Source: a virus
Direction: 5' to 3' (one strand)
Length of the DNA: 64,000 bases
Virus record (IMG/VR): IMGVR_UViG_3300009370_000003
The first letter of the stretch is position 1. Every line of letters begins with the position of its first letter. Shown here in pieces: positions 19,145 through 28,609 of this stretch. The translations under genes were made by a program, and so were the position numbers. The notes beneath the pieces are model-generated. The model did not search any database. It was not told where the DNA came from and was given only the letters and a program-made list of their open reading frames with translations.

Positions 19145-21487
19145 ATGGCAAAAAAAGACGAAGACGGTCGCTCGAGTAAGCAAGCCGATGCATTTCTAAA
19201 AAAGGATCAACAACGATCCGAGAAATTGCAACAAGATAGGACAGACGCCCTTGAAAGGTGGACGAAGGCTAACGCTAATACTTATAAAAAATCTGCTGAG
19301 AAACTAAATGCTGCAGCTGAATCTGGCATCAAGGCCATGCAGGCAAAGGAAAAGGCAGACGCATTAGAAGTTGCAAATAGAGAAAGAATGGCAGCTTCAA
19401 GAGGTGTCTCTCTAGCCCAATTCGAAAAGACCATGGACGCAACCATGAAAGAAGGTTGGAGTGCAACAGAAGGAGTCTTCGAACCCTTAGACGAACTCGG
19501 AAAGTCTATGGGTAAAATCCAAGTTGACGGAACTATGGGTAAATCCCTTGGTTCTGCAAGTGGTGCCATTAAAGAATTAACTGGTGGTCTATTAGACCTT
19601 GGTGAAATGACTGGTGATGCAATGGATAAAGTGAAAGCAGTTGGAACACTCATTGCAACTCCGTTCAAAGTTGCAAACAATGCTATCGCAGGTGCAACAA
19701 AATTCTTTGGTAAGGAATTCAATCCCGGCCAGAAGATGGCAGACTGGTGGGGTGGAACTGAAACTCTTATAGAGGACGGTGATAAAAAAGCTACGAAAGG
19801 ATTTAGAGATTTAAAATTCAGTGAAAAAATGGGTAGGATATTTAGGCCATTTAGTCAGGGAGCTGAAGACGCAAAAGATAAATCAGAAGAAGGTGGTTCA
19901 AAAGTTTCTCAAGCTGGTGGTATACTATCTGCAGCTGGAGGTGATATAGAAGATGGTTCAGCTGAAGTTCCTAAAGCTGGTTCTAGACTATCTAAAGCTG
20001 GTTCTAAATTAGCTGATGGTTTTAATTCTTCCATGGAGAAGTTATCCGACTTAGGTGGAAGAATGAAAGAGAGTGCAAAGGCAATGGGAGCAGCGACTAT
20101 TGCATGGATAAAAAACTTCCCAGCAATGATGAAAGGATTGTGGGGAACCATAAAACAAATGGGGAAATCTGCAGCAGCATTCTTAATGGCTCTCCCAGCA
20201 CTTATAATATCTAGTATTGCATTTGTCGCAGGATTAATTGCCTCTGCAGTTAGTATGATGATTGCAGCTGCACCAATAATTGGTATTGCATTATTAATAG
20301 GGTTAGCAGTAGCAGCTCTTGTAATGGGTATTATGTTCTTAGTCCAAAACTTCGAATCTATTAAAACAACTATATCAGAAAAGATTACTGCAATGATAGA
20401 TAAAGTCAAAGCGGTTGTGGGTAATATCGCAGACTTCTTTTCTAATATCTGGCAAGATATATCTGACTTCATTCGAGAAAAGGTATTAAAGATTAAATCA
20501 ATCTTAGGTCTTACTTCTGATGCTGAAGAAGAAGAGTTAAAAGGTATTGAAGAAAGAAAGGCCAAGAAACAAGCAATGACCGATGAGGCAAACAAACAAG
20601 CCGCAGCAGAAATTGATGAAATGAGAGCTAACGGTGAACTCGAAGGTATGAGTCGTAGAGAAATCAGGAACCTTACTAAAGAGAAAGAAGCAGAAGCCCT
20701 CGCCCGCGTGCAAGAGGAAGCTGAGTTCCAAGCAACATCAGATGAAGACCTCTTGGCCATGAAACACAAACATGAGAAGTCACTCGCAGAAGAATTAGAA
20801 AACAAGAAAAATAGGGACTTTAATAAGTCCAAAGATGAAAGTCAGTGGGAACAAACGAAAGGTAACGAATTTAAGATGCATCGTTTGAATCTTGACGAAT
20901 CAGCTGAGGACGGTGGAAAAGCAGAATTCATGGAAATGCGAGAAGACGATCGCAACCAACGGTATGGAACAGAAGAAAATATAGAAAATAGAATATTATA
21001 CGATCAATTCAATGCAGATAGAGCAACAGACGAACTTAAAACAAGAGACGATTATATTGCATCTAAAGAATTAACCGAAGAAGATAAAGACGCTATCCAT
21101 GCAAAAGAACTTGGTTGGACACTGGGAGAATATCAGGCAGTAAAAGAGGCAGAAATTGCAGCAGGAAAGGAACACGAAGATTATTACGAAGGCAAGGGAT
21201 TCGGTGAGACTGACGATGGGTATGACTATGCACTACTTAATGCAAGAGCAAATTCAGAAGCTATTGATAGGGCAGACGGGGATAGACTTAAAGATGCTCG
21301 GGACGAAGCAGAACAACAAAAATACCTAAGTGACTTAAACACCTATGGTGCTGGTGGAAGCTACATACCACCAATGAATGCAGTTGCAGTTCAAAATAAT
21401 AGTGCTTCTAATATGGTTAGAATGCAAGACCCGTCAACAACAAATCCAGAGCCTACTGGCACTCGTCTTTCTGTAGTTCCAGCTTAG
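19145..21487 (+). CDS. Probable tail tape measure protein (gp29-like)
   Basis: 780 aa, helical, with a central hydrophobic Ala/Ile-rich segment; downstream of gp26/gp51. Confidence 0.7.
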   Translation: MAKKDEDGRSSKQADAFLKKDQQRSEKLQQDRTDALERWTKANANTYKKSAEKLNAAAESGIKAMQAKEKADALEVANRERMAASRGVSLAQFEKTMDATMKEGWSATEGVFEPLDELGKSMGKIQVDGTMGKSLGSASGAIKELTGGLLDLGEMTGDAMDKVKAVGTLIATPFKVANNAIAGATKFFGKEFNPGQKMADWWGGTETLIEDGDKKATKGFRDLKFSEKMGRIFRPFSQGAEDAKDKSEEGGSKVSQAGGILSAAGGDIEDGSAEVPKAGSRLSKAGSKLADGFNSSMEKLSDLGGRMKESAKAMGAATIAWIKNFPAMMKGLWGTIKQMGKSAAAFLMALPALIISSIAFVAGLIASAVSMMIAAAPIIGIALLIGLAVAALVMGIMFLVQNFESIKTTISEKITAMIDKVKAVVGNIADFFSNIWQDISDFIREKVLKIKSILGLTSDAEEEELKGIEERKAKKQAMTDEANKQAAAEIDEMRANGELEGMSRREIRNLTKEKEAEALARVQEEAEFQATSDEDLLAMKHKHEKSLAEELENKKNRDFNKSKDESQWEQTKGNEFKMHRLNLDESAEDGGKAEFMEMREDDRNQRYGTEENIENRILYDQFNADRATDELKTRDDYIASKELTEEDKDAIHAKELGWTLGEYQAVKEAEIAAGKEHEDYYEGKGFGETDDGYDYALLNARANSEAIDRADGDRLKDARDEAEQQKYLSDLNTYGAGGSYIPPMNAVAVQNNSASNMVRMQDPSTTNPEPTGTRLSVVPA

Positions 21488-21614
21488 AACCTTTCCTATT
21501 ATATTTGGTTTTGTCTTTTACGACTTTATGTTTAAAGGGACTATCTTTATCAAATAGTATTTTAGCATACCGAGATTTCGGTTTCTGAATTGTTCTTTTA
21601 CTTCCTTTTGACAT
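21453..21614 (-). CDS. ArfA-like basic peptide, 53 aa
   Basis: [53 protein letters not shown]; TGATG coupling to rpsU; not in ORF track. Confidence 0.55.
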   Translation of the reverse strand: MSKGSKRTIQKPKSRYAKILFDKDSPFKHKVVKDKTKYNRKGSKLELQKDECQ

Positions 21615-21856
21615 CACCACATCCAACTTCTTCGAGATTCTGCTAGTGCAGCTTTCTTTGCGTCAATCTTTTTCTTCCGTGTAATATCTTGATTCTTCTT
21701 ATGTCTCTTCTGATTAGGTTTGACATAATACTCTCTATCTCTACACTCTTGAATGATGCCTGCTCGTTCTACCTGTTTCTTAAACCTACGAAGCATTCTG
21801 TCGAATGGTTCGACATTTTTATTCTTCGGATTTATTCTAGGCGTAACTTGTGGCAT
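21614..21856 (-). CDS. rpsU: 30S ribosomal protein bS21
   Basis: [32 protein letters not shown]. Confidence 0.93.
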   Translation of the reverse strand: MPQVTPRINPKNKNVEPFDRMLRRFKKQVERAGIIQECRDREYYVKPNQKRHKKNQDITRKKKIDAKKAALAESRRSWMW

Positions 21857-21874
21857 ATCTGTGTGTTATATAGT

Positions 21875-22052
21875 TTAAAAAAAAGTGTTAAGTCACCCCA
21901 CGCCTTACAGCAGTCCCGTTCTTAACCGATTAACCCGCATGATTTTGCTGTTAACCTTGCCCTTACTTGGTGCCCCCATTTCATTCCACGGCCCAAGTGA
22001 GTTATCGTCTGTATCACCTGACGGTCATTATGTAGCACGATAACCCCTATTC
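21875..22052 (-). ncRNA. Candidate structured RNA between gp32 and rpsU
   Basis: Four consecutive stems: GGGGTTATCGT/ACGATAACTC, ACTTGG-GCC/GGC-A-CCAAGT, GGTTAAC/GTTAATC, GTTAAG/CTTAAC, then T8. Confidence 0.6.
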
Positions 22053-22056
22053 GAAA

Positions 22057-22956
22057 TTAGCTGTCGGAAGCTAATTTCTTAAAGTAATCCATTGCTTCAC
22101 CACCGTCTTTACCGACTGTAGCTTCTGCAGTTGAAATTACTGGTTCTTCTGCAACTGTCTCTTTATTGACATCTGCCCAAGGCACTTCGTCTTGGTCTTC
22201 TGCAATAGATTCAGCTGTAGAATTACTAACACCACCCGTCAGTCCTAAAATCCTTTCGAGTTTAGTTTTCAACTCGTCATAAGATTTAAATTCTTCGGGT
22301 GAGATAATATCTGACAACGAATGAACAGAAGTATATATATCATTCAACTGATTTTCGTCATCAAACAATGGACTTGCAGAATCAAATTCTGATTTATCGT
22401 AGTTCCAATAACCATCGACTTTTCTGATTTTGATTTTGAAGTTAGCACCTTCTCCTCTCAAATCGAAAGGATTAACTGCTTTCTCATCTTCGAATGCTGG
22501 GGAAATTGCTTCCTTCAACTGTTCAAAGATTTTCTTACCGTATCTGTAAAGGAATACTTTACCTTCATTGTCGGGATTCTTAGGGTCTGAAACAACATAG
22601 ATGTTTGACACATAGTGAAGTCTTCGCTTCTGTCTTCGTGCAATCTCTTTGTTTGCTTCTATCCCAGTATTCCACAATGTAGTATTGTATTCGGACACAG
22701 GGTCTTGTTTATTAAGAGTCGTTAAAGACTTCTCAATATACCAACCGCCTGGCCCTTGAAAGCCGTGATCCCAATAAGAGACCCATGGCATTTCTTCACC
22801 TTCGGGGGTAGGTAGGAAACGGATTATTGCAAACCCATTACCACTCTTGTCGAGTTCGGGTTTCCAAAATCTGTCATCGGAATAGGACTTTTTTTCTCCT
22901 TGAGTAGGAGAGGCAGTTTCCATTGCTGCCCGTAACTTATCTAATGATGTAGACAT
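22057..22956 (-). CDS. gp32: Single-stranded DNA-binding protein gp32
   Basis: DDRFWKPELDKSGNG.A.IRFLP, HGFQGPGGWYIE.SLTT, NYDKSEF, ends YFKKLA. Confidence 0.97.
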   Translation of the reverse strand: MSTSLDKLRAAMETASPTQGEKKSYSDDRFWKPELDKSGNGFAIIRFLPTPEGEEMPWVSYWDHGFQGPGGWYIEKSLTTLNKQDPVSEYNTTLWNTGIEANKEIARRQKRRLHYVSNIYVVSDPKNPDNEGKVFLYRYGKKIFEQLKEAISPAFEDEKAVNPFDLRGEGANFKIKIRKVDGYWNYDKSEFDSASPLFDDENQLNDIYTSVHSLSDIISPEEFKSYDELKTKLERILGLTGGVSNSTAESIAEDQDEVPWADVNKETVAEEPVISTAEATVGKDGGEAMDYFKKLASDS

Positions 22957-23000
22957 AGTATTTTCCTCGTATATGCATTATATCGCATTTTATTAACATT

Positions 23001-23750
23001 TTATCTAAAGGTAAAAAGAGAACTCTCTCCTAATACCCACCTTTCCTTACTATTTTCATAATAAGTAAGTTCATTATACACGACTTTCTTGTCTTCGTCA
23101 ATAGGGTTTTTAAAGTAAACCGCTATATCTTTAAACAAGTCGTCTTTCAATAAAGAAACAAACTGGTATTTCTGTATAGTAAATACTGCATGTTCCTCTG
23201 TATATTTATGCGCATAAGAACTTATATCTAAGCCTTTTAACGCATTATCGTAATCTTGTATATCAGGGTCTAATGCATCAAACCCTACTAAAGTAATTTC
23301 TTTGTATCCGTTATAAGCTGCATATCCTAATGCACTGATACCACAAAAAGTGTTCTTGAGCTTCTCATTATTATACATAATAATGTTCTCATTTGGGGGG
23401 ACTATATTATAGCAAGTAAGATACACTTCGTCTTCCCCTTCACCTTGTGCAATAAAATGAGTATCGGACTCGGAACGGTTCGTTATTATCTTCGCTCCCA
23501 TAATCGTATACACTTCTTCTATCTCTTCATAGTGAGATATATCCATCGCACCATACCAGTCACCCATGGCAATCGGGCAGTGTTCTAGTATGCCTTTTTC
23601 TATTGCATCATGTTGGACGGGAATATCTAAACAGAAAAGTATATTAGGATAAATCCCTTCTCTATAGATTGCATTACAACCCCACCACTCTTCGAAAGAG
23701 TTTAAGTCATACTGCTTTCTGCTTGGGCCATTTCCTACTATGTGGAGCAT
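23001..23750 (-). CDS. GT42/Maf-like (CMP-ulosonate-type) glycosyltransferase
   Basis: IVGNGPSR, WGCNAIY and G.SA...A...GYKEITLVGFD motifs. Confidence 0.55.
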   Translation of the reverse strand: MLHIVGNGPSRKQYDLNSFEEWWGCNAIYREGIYPNILFCLDIPVQHDAIEKGILEHCPIAMGDWYGAMDISHYEEIEEVYTIMGAKIITNRSESDTHFIAQGEGEDEVYLTCYNIVPPNENIIMYNNEKLKNTFCGISALGYAAYNGYKEITLVGFDALDPDIQDYDNALKGLDISSYAHKYTEEHAVFTIQKYQFVSLLKDDLFKDIAVYFKNPIDEDKKVVYNELTYYENSKERWVLGESSLFTFR

Positions 23751-24334
23751 AACTCTATTAATCTCTTCTTGTATACTGCATGGTCATATGTAACGAATGC
23801 TTTATACTTGTTTAACTTGGTATGGACTTCGGGATATACGACCTTCTCTTGTATTAGTCTATTCCAGTCTTTACTGAATCCAATTATCTCGTCCATAATA
23901 CACATTGTTTCGGGTGATACTTCTTTTGCAAGATATCGTTTTAAAAGTTTTGGGTGTTGCCCTGCTTTAACCTCTATCAGCTTTTCGATATTTCTTGCCG
24001 CGGACAGCGAGTCGTTTACTTCTGTCTCGAACATATAAGTTAACTTCTGATTTCTTTTCTTCCATTCCTTATATACTTTGTCTGATTCATTATCTAATAA
24101 GTCGCCGACCCATTGGTCTTTAACCAGTAGGTTGGCAATATAAAAATCTTGTAGTTCTTGTTTGTAGGTTTTATAGAGTTTGCCGAAATGGTATTTGTCC
24201 TTTCTCTTTATGAACGAATTAATATCTGCTTTGACTTTACCATTGTATTTAATAAAGTCGTAATCGTTAGAATAGAAATGCAGTTTTATACCAAGGTATA
24301 AAGTGTATGCATCGTATCCTTCACGACTCGTCAT
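23738..24334 (-). CDS. gp59: Helicase loader gp59
   Basis: AY.LYL.IKLHF....YDF.KY.GK, F.KRKD.Y.F.KL, HP.LLK.YL. Confidence 0.93.
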   Translation of the reverse strand: MTSREGYDAYTLYLGIKLHFYSNDYDFIKYNGKVKADINSFIKRKDKYHFGKLYKTYKQELQDFYIANLLVKDQWVGDLLDNESDKVYKEWKKRNQKLTYMFETEVNDSLSAARNIEKLIEVKAGQHPKLLKRYLAKEVSPETMCIMDEIIGFSKDWNRLIQEKVVYPEVHTKLNKYKAFVTYDHAVYKKRLIELCST

Positions 24335-24609
24335 TACTTCACCAGCGTAAGACTGGTGGTTGCTTCTCTATGTGCTTTAATTACTCCGTCATTTGTCGGG
24401 GTAACAAATACTGCATTATAAAATGTGGTGGCTTCAGGATTCTCTACTCCAGTGACAGCAATACCATGTGCAAATCCCATACCACCCTCGGGTGTTTGGA
24501 CTATCATGCGTGGGTCTTTAAGTTCCACATTACCATCTTCTAAGGATTCAAGTATACCAACATACTCTCCACTCACTGTTACTACTGTAACAATATCACC
24601 TTTATCCAT
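24334..24609 (-). CDS. Hypothetical protein, possible Sm-like fold
   Basis: KGDIVTVVTVSGEYVG.L, L.DPR.I beta-strand pattern; GGAG RBS. Confidence 0.65.
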   Translation of the reverse strand: MDKGDIVTVVTVSGEYVGILESLEDGNVELKDPRMIVQTPEGGMGFAHGIAVTGVENPEATTFYNAVFVTPTNDGVIKAHREATTSLTLVK

Positions 24610-24703
24610 TATTTTTTCTCCTTATTTCTCACGGCCATGTAACGACCAATATAGTATGAAACTATACTTACTATTATAAAGTTCATTATCGTATAATATT
24701 CCA

Positions 24704-24967
24704 TTACTTCTTCTCCGTAAAGAAGCCACTCAAGGTAGACTGACTTCGTGTGTGTCTGTTAATCATGTTTAACTGTTCAGCTTCTGCTTGTAGTTTTTCC
24801 TTAAGAGGTGTAGAGATTAATCTCTTTGCACTCTCGGGTTCTACTTTATTCACTTCACATATTTTAATTATTGCTGACATTACATCTGCATTTCCCTTTC
24901 CCTTTGCAAGTATCCTTTCAACTTGCTCGCTGAATTCCTTTTTTGATATCATCTTATCAGATTCCAT
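24704..24967 (-). CDS. gp33: Late transcription coactivator gp33
   Basis: FS..VE, AI...CE....EPE.A..LIS.PLKEKL..EA..LN. Confidence 0.9.
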   Translation of the reverse strand: MESDKMISKKEFSEQVERILAKGKGNADVMSAIIKICEVNKVEPESAKRLISTPLKEKLQAEAEQLNMINRHTRSQSTLSGFFTEKK

Positions 24968-25634
24968 ATAAGTTTTTATATTGTTTTCTCAAAAGAGCTA
25001 GGGGTTCGATATAGTCTCGGTAGTCAGAACGAAACATTTGAAATGAGTTTGATCCTTCCACCGCTACCAGAGCCAGACATTCTTCTATCTCATGACCTGT
25101 TAGTTCTTCTACCATTAATGCATATGCAGCCATTTGAAGATACCAAGGTTTAGCCATGTATTCTTCTTTTGGTTTTGCACTGCTTTTAAAATCTATAATA
25201 CTCAACCGACCTTCGAACATTCCAATACAATCTACTCGTCCAGCCATTTTAAGGGTGTTCGAATACATTGGAGCTTCTATAGCAAGTGGGATTATTTCAT
25301 CTAAAACTGGTCTGACAGCACGGAACATTCCTTCTTGTAGAATGTTCTCAAACTCTATAAACGGCTTTTCCTTCTTAAGGTAGTCTTCCACATGTTGGTG
25401 AAATAGAGTTCCTCTCTTTGCAGCCATGGTAGAAACCTTGTTGGCTTCTTCTTCTCCAACTCTTTCTCTCCACAACTGTATTTGCTTTCTTGATTCTAAG
25501 CCGACAACGGTTGTTACACTCGGGAATGCTTCTCCGTTTTCGTCTATGTAATATCTCTTACCTTCCCTTGTTTCAGTCTTAAGGTCTAGGTTTTCTAAAT
25601 CGGTTATTTCTAATAAGGTTGTTCGCACTTGCAT
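24957..25634 (-). CDS. PD-(D/E)XK exonuclease
   Basis: R.Y, PSVTTV, RGT.FH, AGRVDC, IIDFKS, Q..AY. Confidence 0.88.
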   Translation of the reverse strand: MQVRTTLLEITDLENLDLKTETREGKRYYIDENGEAFPSVTTVVGLESRKQIQLWRERVGEEEANKVSTMAAKRGTLFHQHVEDYLKKEKPFIEFENILQEGMFRAVRPVLDEIIPLAIEAPMYSNTLKMAGRVDCIGMFEGRLSIIDFKSSAKPKEEYMAKPWYLQMAAYALMVEELTGHEIEECLALVAVEGSNSFQMFRSDYRDYIEPLALLRKQYKNLYGI

Positions 25635-25646
25635 AATAATATTATA

Positions 25647-25952
25647 TCACTTCGTCTGCTGTTTGTCCATATGCTTTTTAATAGTCTGAATAGACTTCTC
25701 TCTTTTAATATCTTTACTCCCATGTCTCTCATGGACATTCGAGCCGGGATGCGCGTCACCTATTTTGTTAAGGACATCTTTAAATCCACCGTCTATCTTA
25801 ACACGGTCACCGTGACCACCTATAATATTAGGTGCTGTGATTCTTTGTTCAATATGTGGGTGTGATTCTAAAAATTTTTCTTTTTTAGAAATAGACATAA
25901 GTTCTTCCCACTCTACACCAGTGTCAGGATTAAAAAATACATAAGTTGGCAT
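25647..25952 (-). CDS. FmdB-like small protein
   Basis: MPTY.F....TG...E..MSI...E.FL...PHI; CATAAATA upstream. Confidence 0.7.
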   Translation of the reverse strand: MPTYVFFNPDTGVEWEELMSISKKEKFLESHPHIEQRITAPNIIGGHGDRVKIDGGFKDVLNKIGDAHPGSNVHERHGSKDIKREKSIQTIKKHMDKQQTK

Positions 25953-25969
25953 AATATATTATTTATGGT

Positions 25970-26129
25970 TTAGTAAATATCCCATTCTAAAGGCACATGC
26001 CATAAGAATGCAAAGAATAGATATAGGGTTCCACCTACAAGTAAAGGATATCTAAACTCTTTGTTTCTCCATAAGTAAAACCCAACCAATAAAAAAAGAA
26101 ATCCGAAAAACATATCGAATATAAACATT
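25970..26129 (-). CDS. Small membrane protein
   Basis: Two hydrophobic segments; likely start MFIFDM (approximate). Confidence 0.5.
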
Positions 26130-26147
26130 TTTGGTTGAGTTGTTAGA

Positions 26148-26450
26148 CTAGAAAGAATTGTCGACTTTACGGGTTCCACTTCCATAGTCAAATCCTATTT
26201 GTAATTTGTATGGGTCTTGACTACGGCCAACATATTCGACACCCGCTCTTGCAGTTGACGGTGCAACATAATCCAAATACTTATCTACCCAGTATCCTTT
26301 TCCCTTGCAATAGTCTTCTATTTCTTCGTAGGTTCCCATTGCATACATTACATGATTCCCAGTTTTATCAAGAACCTTAGCGAATTCCATATCGGATATA
26401 TGACCAGTCCTTGGTAAATCTTGTACTAAATTTAATTCTTGTTGTTTCAT
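26148..26450 (-). CDS. Hypothetical protein
   Basis: ORF coupled to the upstream hydrolase. Confidence 0.65.
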   Translation of the reverse strand: MKQQELNLVQDLPRTGHISDMEFAKVLDKTGNHVMYAMGTYEEIEDYCKGKGYWVDKYLDYVAPSTARAGVEYVGRSQDPYKLQIGFDYGSGTRKVDNSF

Positions 26451-26986
26451 TACTTATAAAATATATGTTCGTTAATATGCACTGTCTCATTCAAGTGTTG
26501 AGCCCAATAAGGATAAATGTAATCTCCATGATACCACATAGCACCTTCTGTTAAATCGAAAGGTTGTGTTAGTAAAAATTGATTGGCAAGTTGTTGACTT
26601 GCAACCCAAGTCTTACTGTCTTTTGGTTCGTCTGACTTACCGTCACAATACCAACTGAACTGACACATTCCTCTCTTAGGAATTAGCTCACCAGTTTTCC
26701 ATGAGGCTCTATATTCTTTTGTTTGATAGACTACTTCACAAAATGTATTGGGGAATTGTTCTGATTTAACTCGGTTCAAGGTTACGAGAGCGACTCCAAT
26801 TTTTCCAGCGAGTGGTTGGTTTCCTGCTTCAAAATAAATGTTTTGTGCAAGACAAAATGCTTCATCATTATTTACATCTTGTTTCACCGCGTGCGCGGGT
26901 GTAGCCCACATAAAAATACTTATCACTAATAATGCCATAGCCATGTATAAGTAAACTGGCATTTGAGATTTTATTTTTTTCCACAT
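26450..26986 (-). CDS. Cell wall hydrolase, SleB/Hydrolase_2 family
   Basis: CLAQNIYFEA, VTLNRV....FP...C.VV.Q, CQFSWYCDGK, H.FY; N-terminal signal/TM. Confidence 0.92.
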   Translation of the reverse strand: MWKKIKSQMPVYLYMAMALLVISIFMWATPAHAVKQDVNNDEAFCLAQNIYFEAGNQPLAGKIGVALVTLNRVKSEQFPNTFCEVVYQTKEYRASWKTGELIPKRGMCQFSWYCDGKSDEPKDSKTWVASQQLANQFLLTQPFDLTEGAMWYHGDYIYPYWAQHLNETVHINEHIFYK

Positions 26987-27171
26987 AGTCTAACTCCCTT
27001 GAAGTAATCCTTGTTGAAGTCTTGGTTGTACTTCTTGCTTACTCTTGCTAAACAAGCACGAACACCAAACACTTTAAATACCAAGTAGTCTACGAAAGAC
27101 ACTTGAACTTGAAATTCTTTTTTATATAAGTCGGCTCTTTCAGGCCCACCTAGGAAATCTGCTACTATCAT
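26971..27171 (-). CDS. Hypothetical protein
   Basis: Overlapping operon ORF. Confidence 0.5.
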   Translation of the reverse strand: MIVADFLGGPERADLYKKEFQVQVSFVDYLVFKVFGVRACLARVSKKYNQDFNKDYFKGVRLCGKK

Positions 27172-27539
27172 ATTAAATAACTCGGCCCATAAATTGTTTG
27201 TGGTTTAACTGGATATCCTTTTAAAAGATTTCCTCTTGGTGCATTCAATGTAGGAGTTCTCCACCCAGCTGCCATTAGAACATCACCTTCTTTAAATTCT
27301 ATAAACTCTCCACCACTTTTCTTTTTGTTCTTAACTTTGAAATCGTGTTTTGCAATGAATCCCCAAACACTTCGTTTAGGGTAAACATTTGGTGAACCTT
27401 CGTTATAACATATACGAATGTATTTCTTACCTTCCGTATAATCATGGAAAGAACCGTCTAGTGCTAACCTCGGCCATTTCTTTTCGTATTCTTTAGTCAA
27501 ATCTTTGCAGAGTGTATCTACTGCTTCTTTTAATTCCAT
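27168..27539 (-). CDS. Conserved phage hypothetical protein
   Basis: GKKYI.I, SVWGFI, GD.LMAA.W..P....RGN. Confidence 0.7.
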   Translation of the reverse strand: MELKEAVDTLCKDLTKEYEKKWPRLALDGSFHDYTEGKKYIRICYNEGSPNVYPKRSVWGFIAKHDFKVKNKKKSGGEFIEFKEGDVLMAAGWRTPTLNAPRGNLLKGYPVKPQTIYGPSYLI

Positions 27540-27961
27540 TATGCTACCTTTTCTTTCTTACCGTAGAAACCAGTGGGTAGCCTACTATTAAATTTTGCAC
27601 GAGCATTCTTAAGCCACTCTTTGTATTCGGGAGTGTCAACGACATAATCGTTTTCTTCCTTATCCCAGTGGTGGTCAATTTTACTCCACACATCGCTAGT
27701 AACCCAGCCGTGTCCTTTAATATGTTTTAAGTCTTCGACTGTAACTTTGTACCTAGAACCAAACGCATCTTCAACAAAGATTGTTTTAGTCATTGGGCCA
27801 GTTGCATAGTTGGACTCACTGTAATTAACTTTACCTACTTTTTTTATTATCGGTTCTAATGGTTTGTTCCAGTAGTTGCTTTCGAATTGAGGTTCCTCAA
27901 TACATTTTTCGAGACCTTGTTTGATCTCCATTCCGATATAATCTGTATATTTTGCTGTCAT
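27539..27961 (-). CDS. Hypothetical protein
   Basis: ORF with RBS. Confidence 0.65.
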   Translation of the reverse strand: MTAKYTDYIGMEIKQGLEKCIEEPQFESNYWNKPLEPIIKKVGKVNYSESNYATGPMTKTIFVEDAFGSRYKVTVEDLKHIKGHGWVTSDVWSKIDHHWDKEENDYVVDTPEYKEWLKNARAKFNSRLPTGFYGKKEKVA

Positions 27962-28039
27962 AATTTTCCCCTAATAATAGCAGGGGCTGGAATAGTCTCT
28001 TTCAAGGTTCCGGCTAGTCCTGCTACATTCATAATTCTC

Positions 28040-28207
28040 TTAATACCCGCTTGTTGTATGGGCATATGCATCGGGACAATCTTTTACCCCGCAGACACAA
28101 CCGTCATTGTTGTCATTAGTATCTGCATTGTCATAGTATGCATCAACTGCTGCCTTCTGTGAATCAGTAAGGTCTTTGTAATCTACATCATTAAATGGAT
28201 TTATCAT
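28040..28207 (-). CDS. Small hypothetical protein with Cys/His cluster
   Basis: CVCGVKDCPDAYAH; AGGAG RBS before MINPF. Confidence 0.55.
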   Translation of the reverse strand: MINPFNDVDYKDLTDSQKAAVDAYYDNADTNDNNDGCVCGVKDCPDAYAHTTSGY

Positions 28208-28417
28208 AATTTTACTCCTAAAAAACTGGTGAAGTTCAGGACTGAGTAGATTGGCCACATCAAAGGCGTCGTAACCAGTCCTGTTATCAAACCAACTTTG
28301 CCTACCGCACCCATCACTAATGAGTTTTTGGTTCCATTTTTCAGGAAAGATAGTGAATCTCCGACTTTGTTGATTAACTTCATGATATTTTTTGTTACTT
28401 TTCTCATTTCTATATAC

Positions 28418-28447
28418 AGTATATCAAAAAGCGGAAGGCATTGTCAA
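28418..28447 (-). promoter_or_regulatory. Sigma70-type early promoter
   Basis: TTGACA-ATGCCTTCCGCTTTTTGA-TATACT. Confidence 0.8.
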
Positions 28448-28590
28448 GGCTGATTCCAAAAGTCTTTCTCCCAAATCAATGGAATTCTCTTGTTTTGTTT
28501 CCTCTCTTCTAGCATTACTGTCTGCACATAGACAAAGATTAGCCCACCTAATGTGAGTATAAATCCTATTAAAAATTGTAGTCCAGTCAT
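28444..28590 (-). CDS. Small single-TM protein, 48 aa
   Basis: MTGLQFLIGFILTLGGLIFVYVQ..; GGGAG RBS; not in ORF track. Confidence 0.55.
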   Translation of the reverse strand: MTGLQFLIGFILTLGGLIFVYVQTVMLEERKQNKRIPLIWEKDFWNQP

Positions 28591-28609
28591 TTAATTCTCC
28601 CAGTTAATT

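Noticed and set aside
19282-20832. Long minus-strand ORFs (146 and 307 aa) opposite the tape measure gene
   Set aside because: Ser/Ile/Phe-rich antisense shadows with no RBS or motifs
24957-25634. Cas4-like nuclease as a sign of CRISPR
   Set aside because: Common T4-like core exonuclease; no repeat-spacer array or cas genes seen in the window
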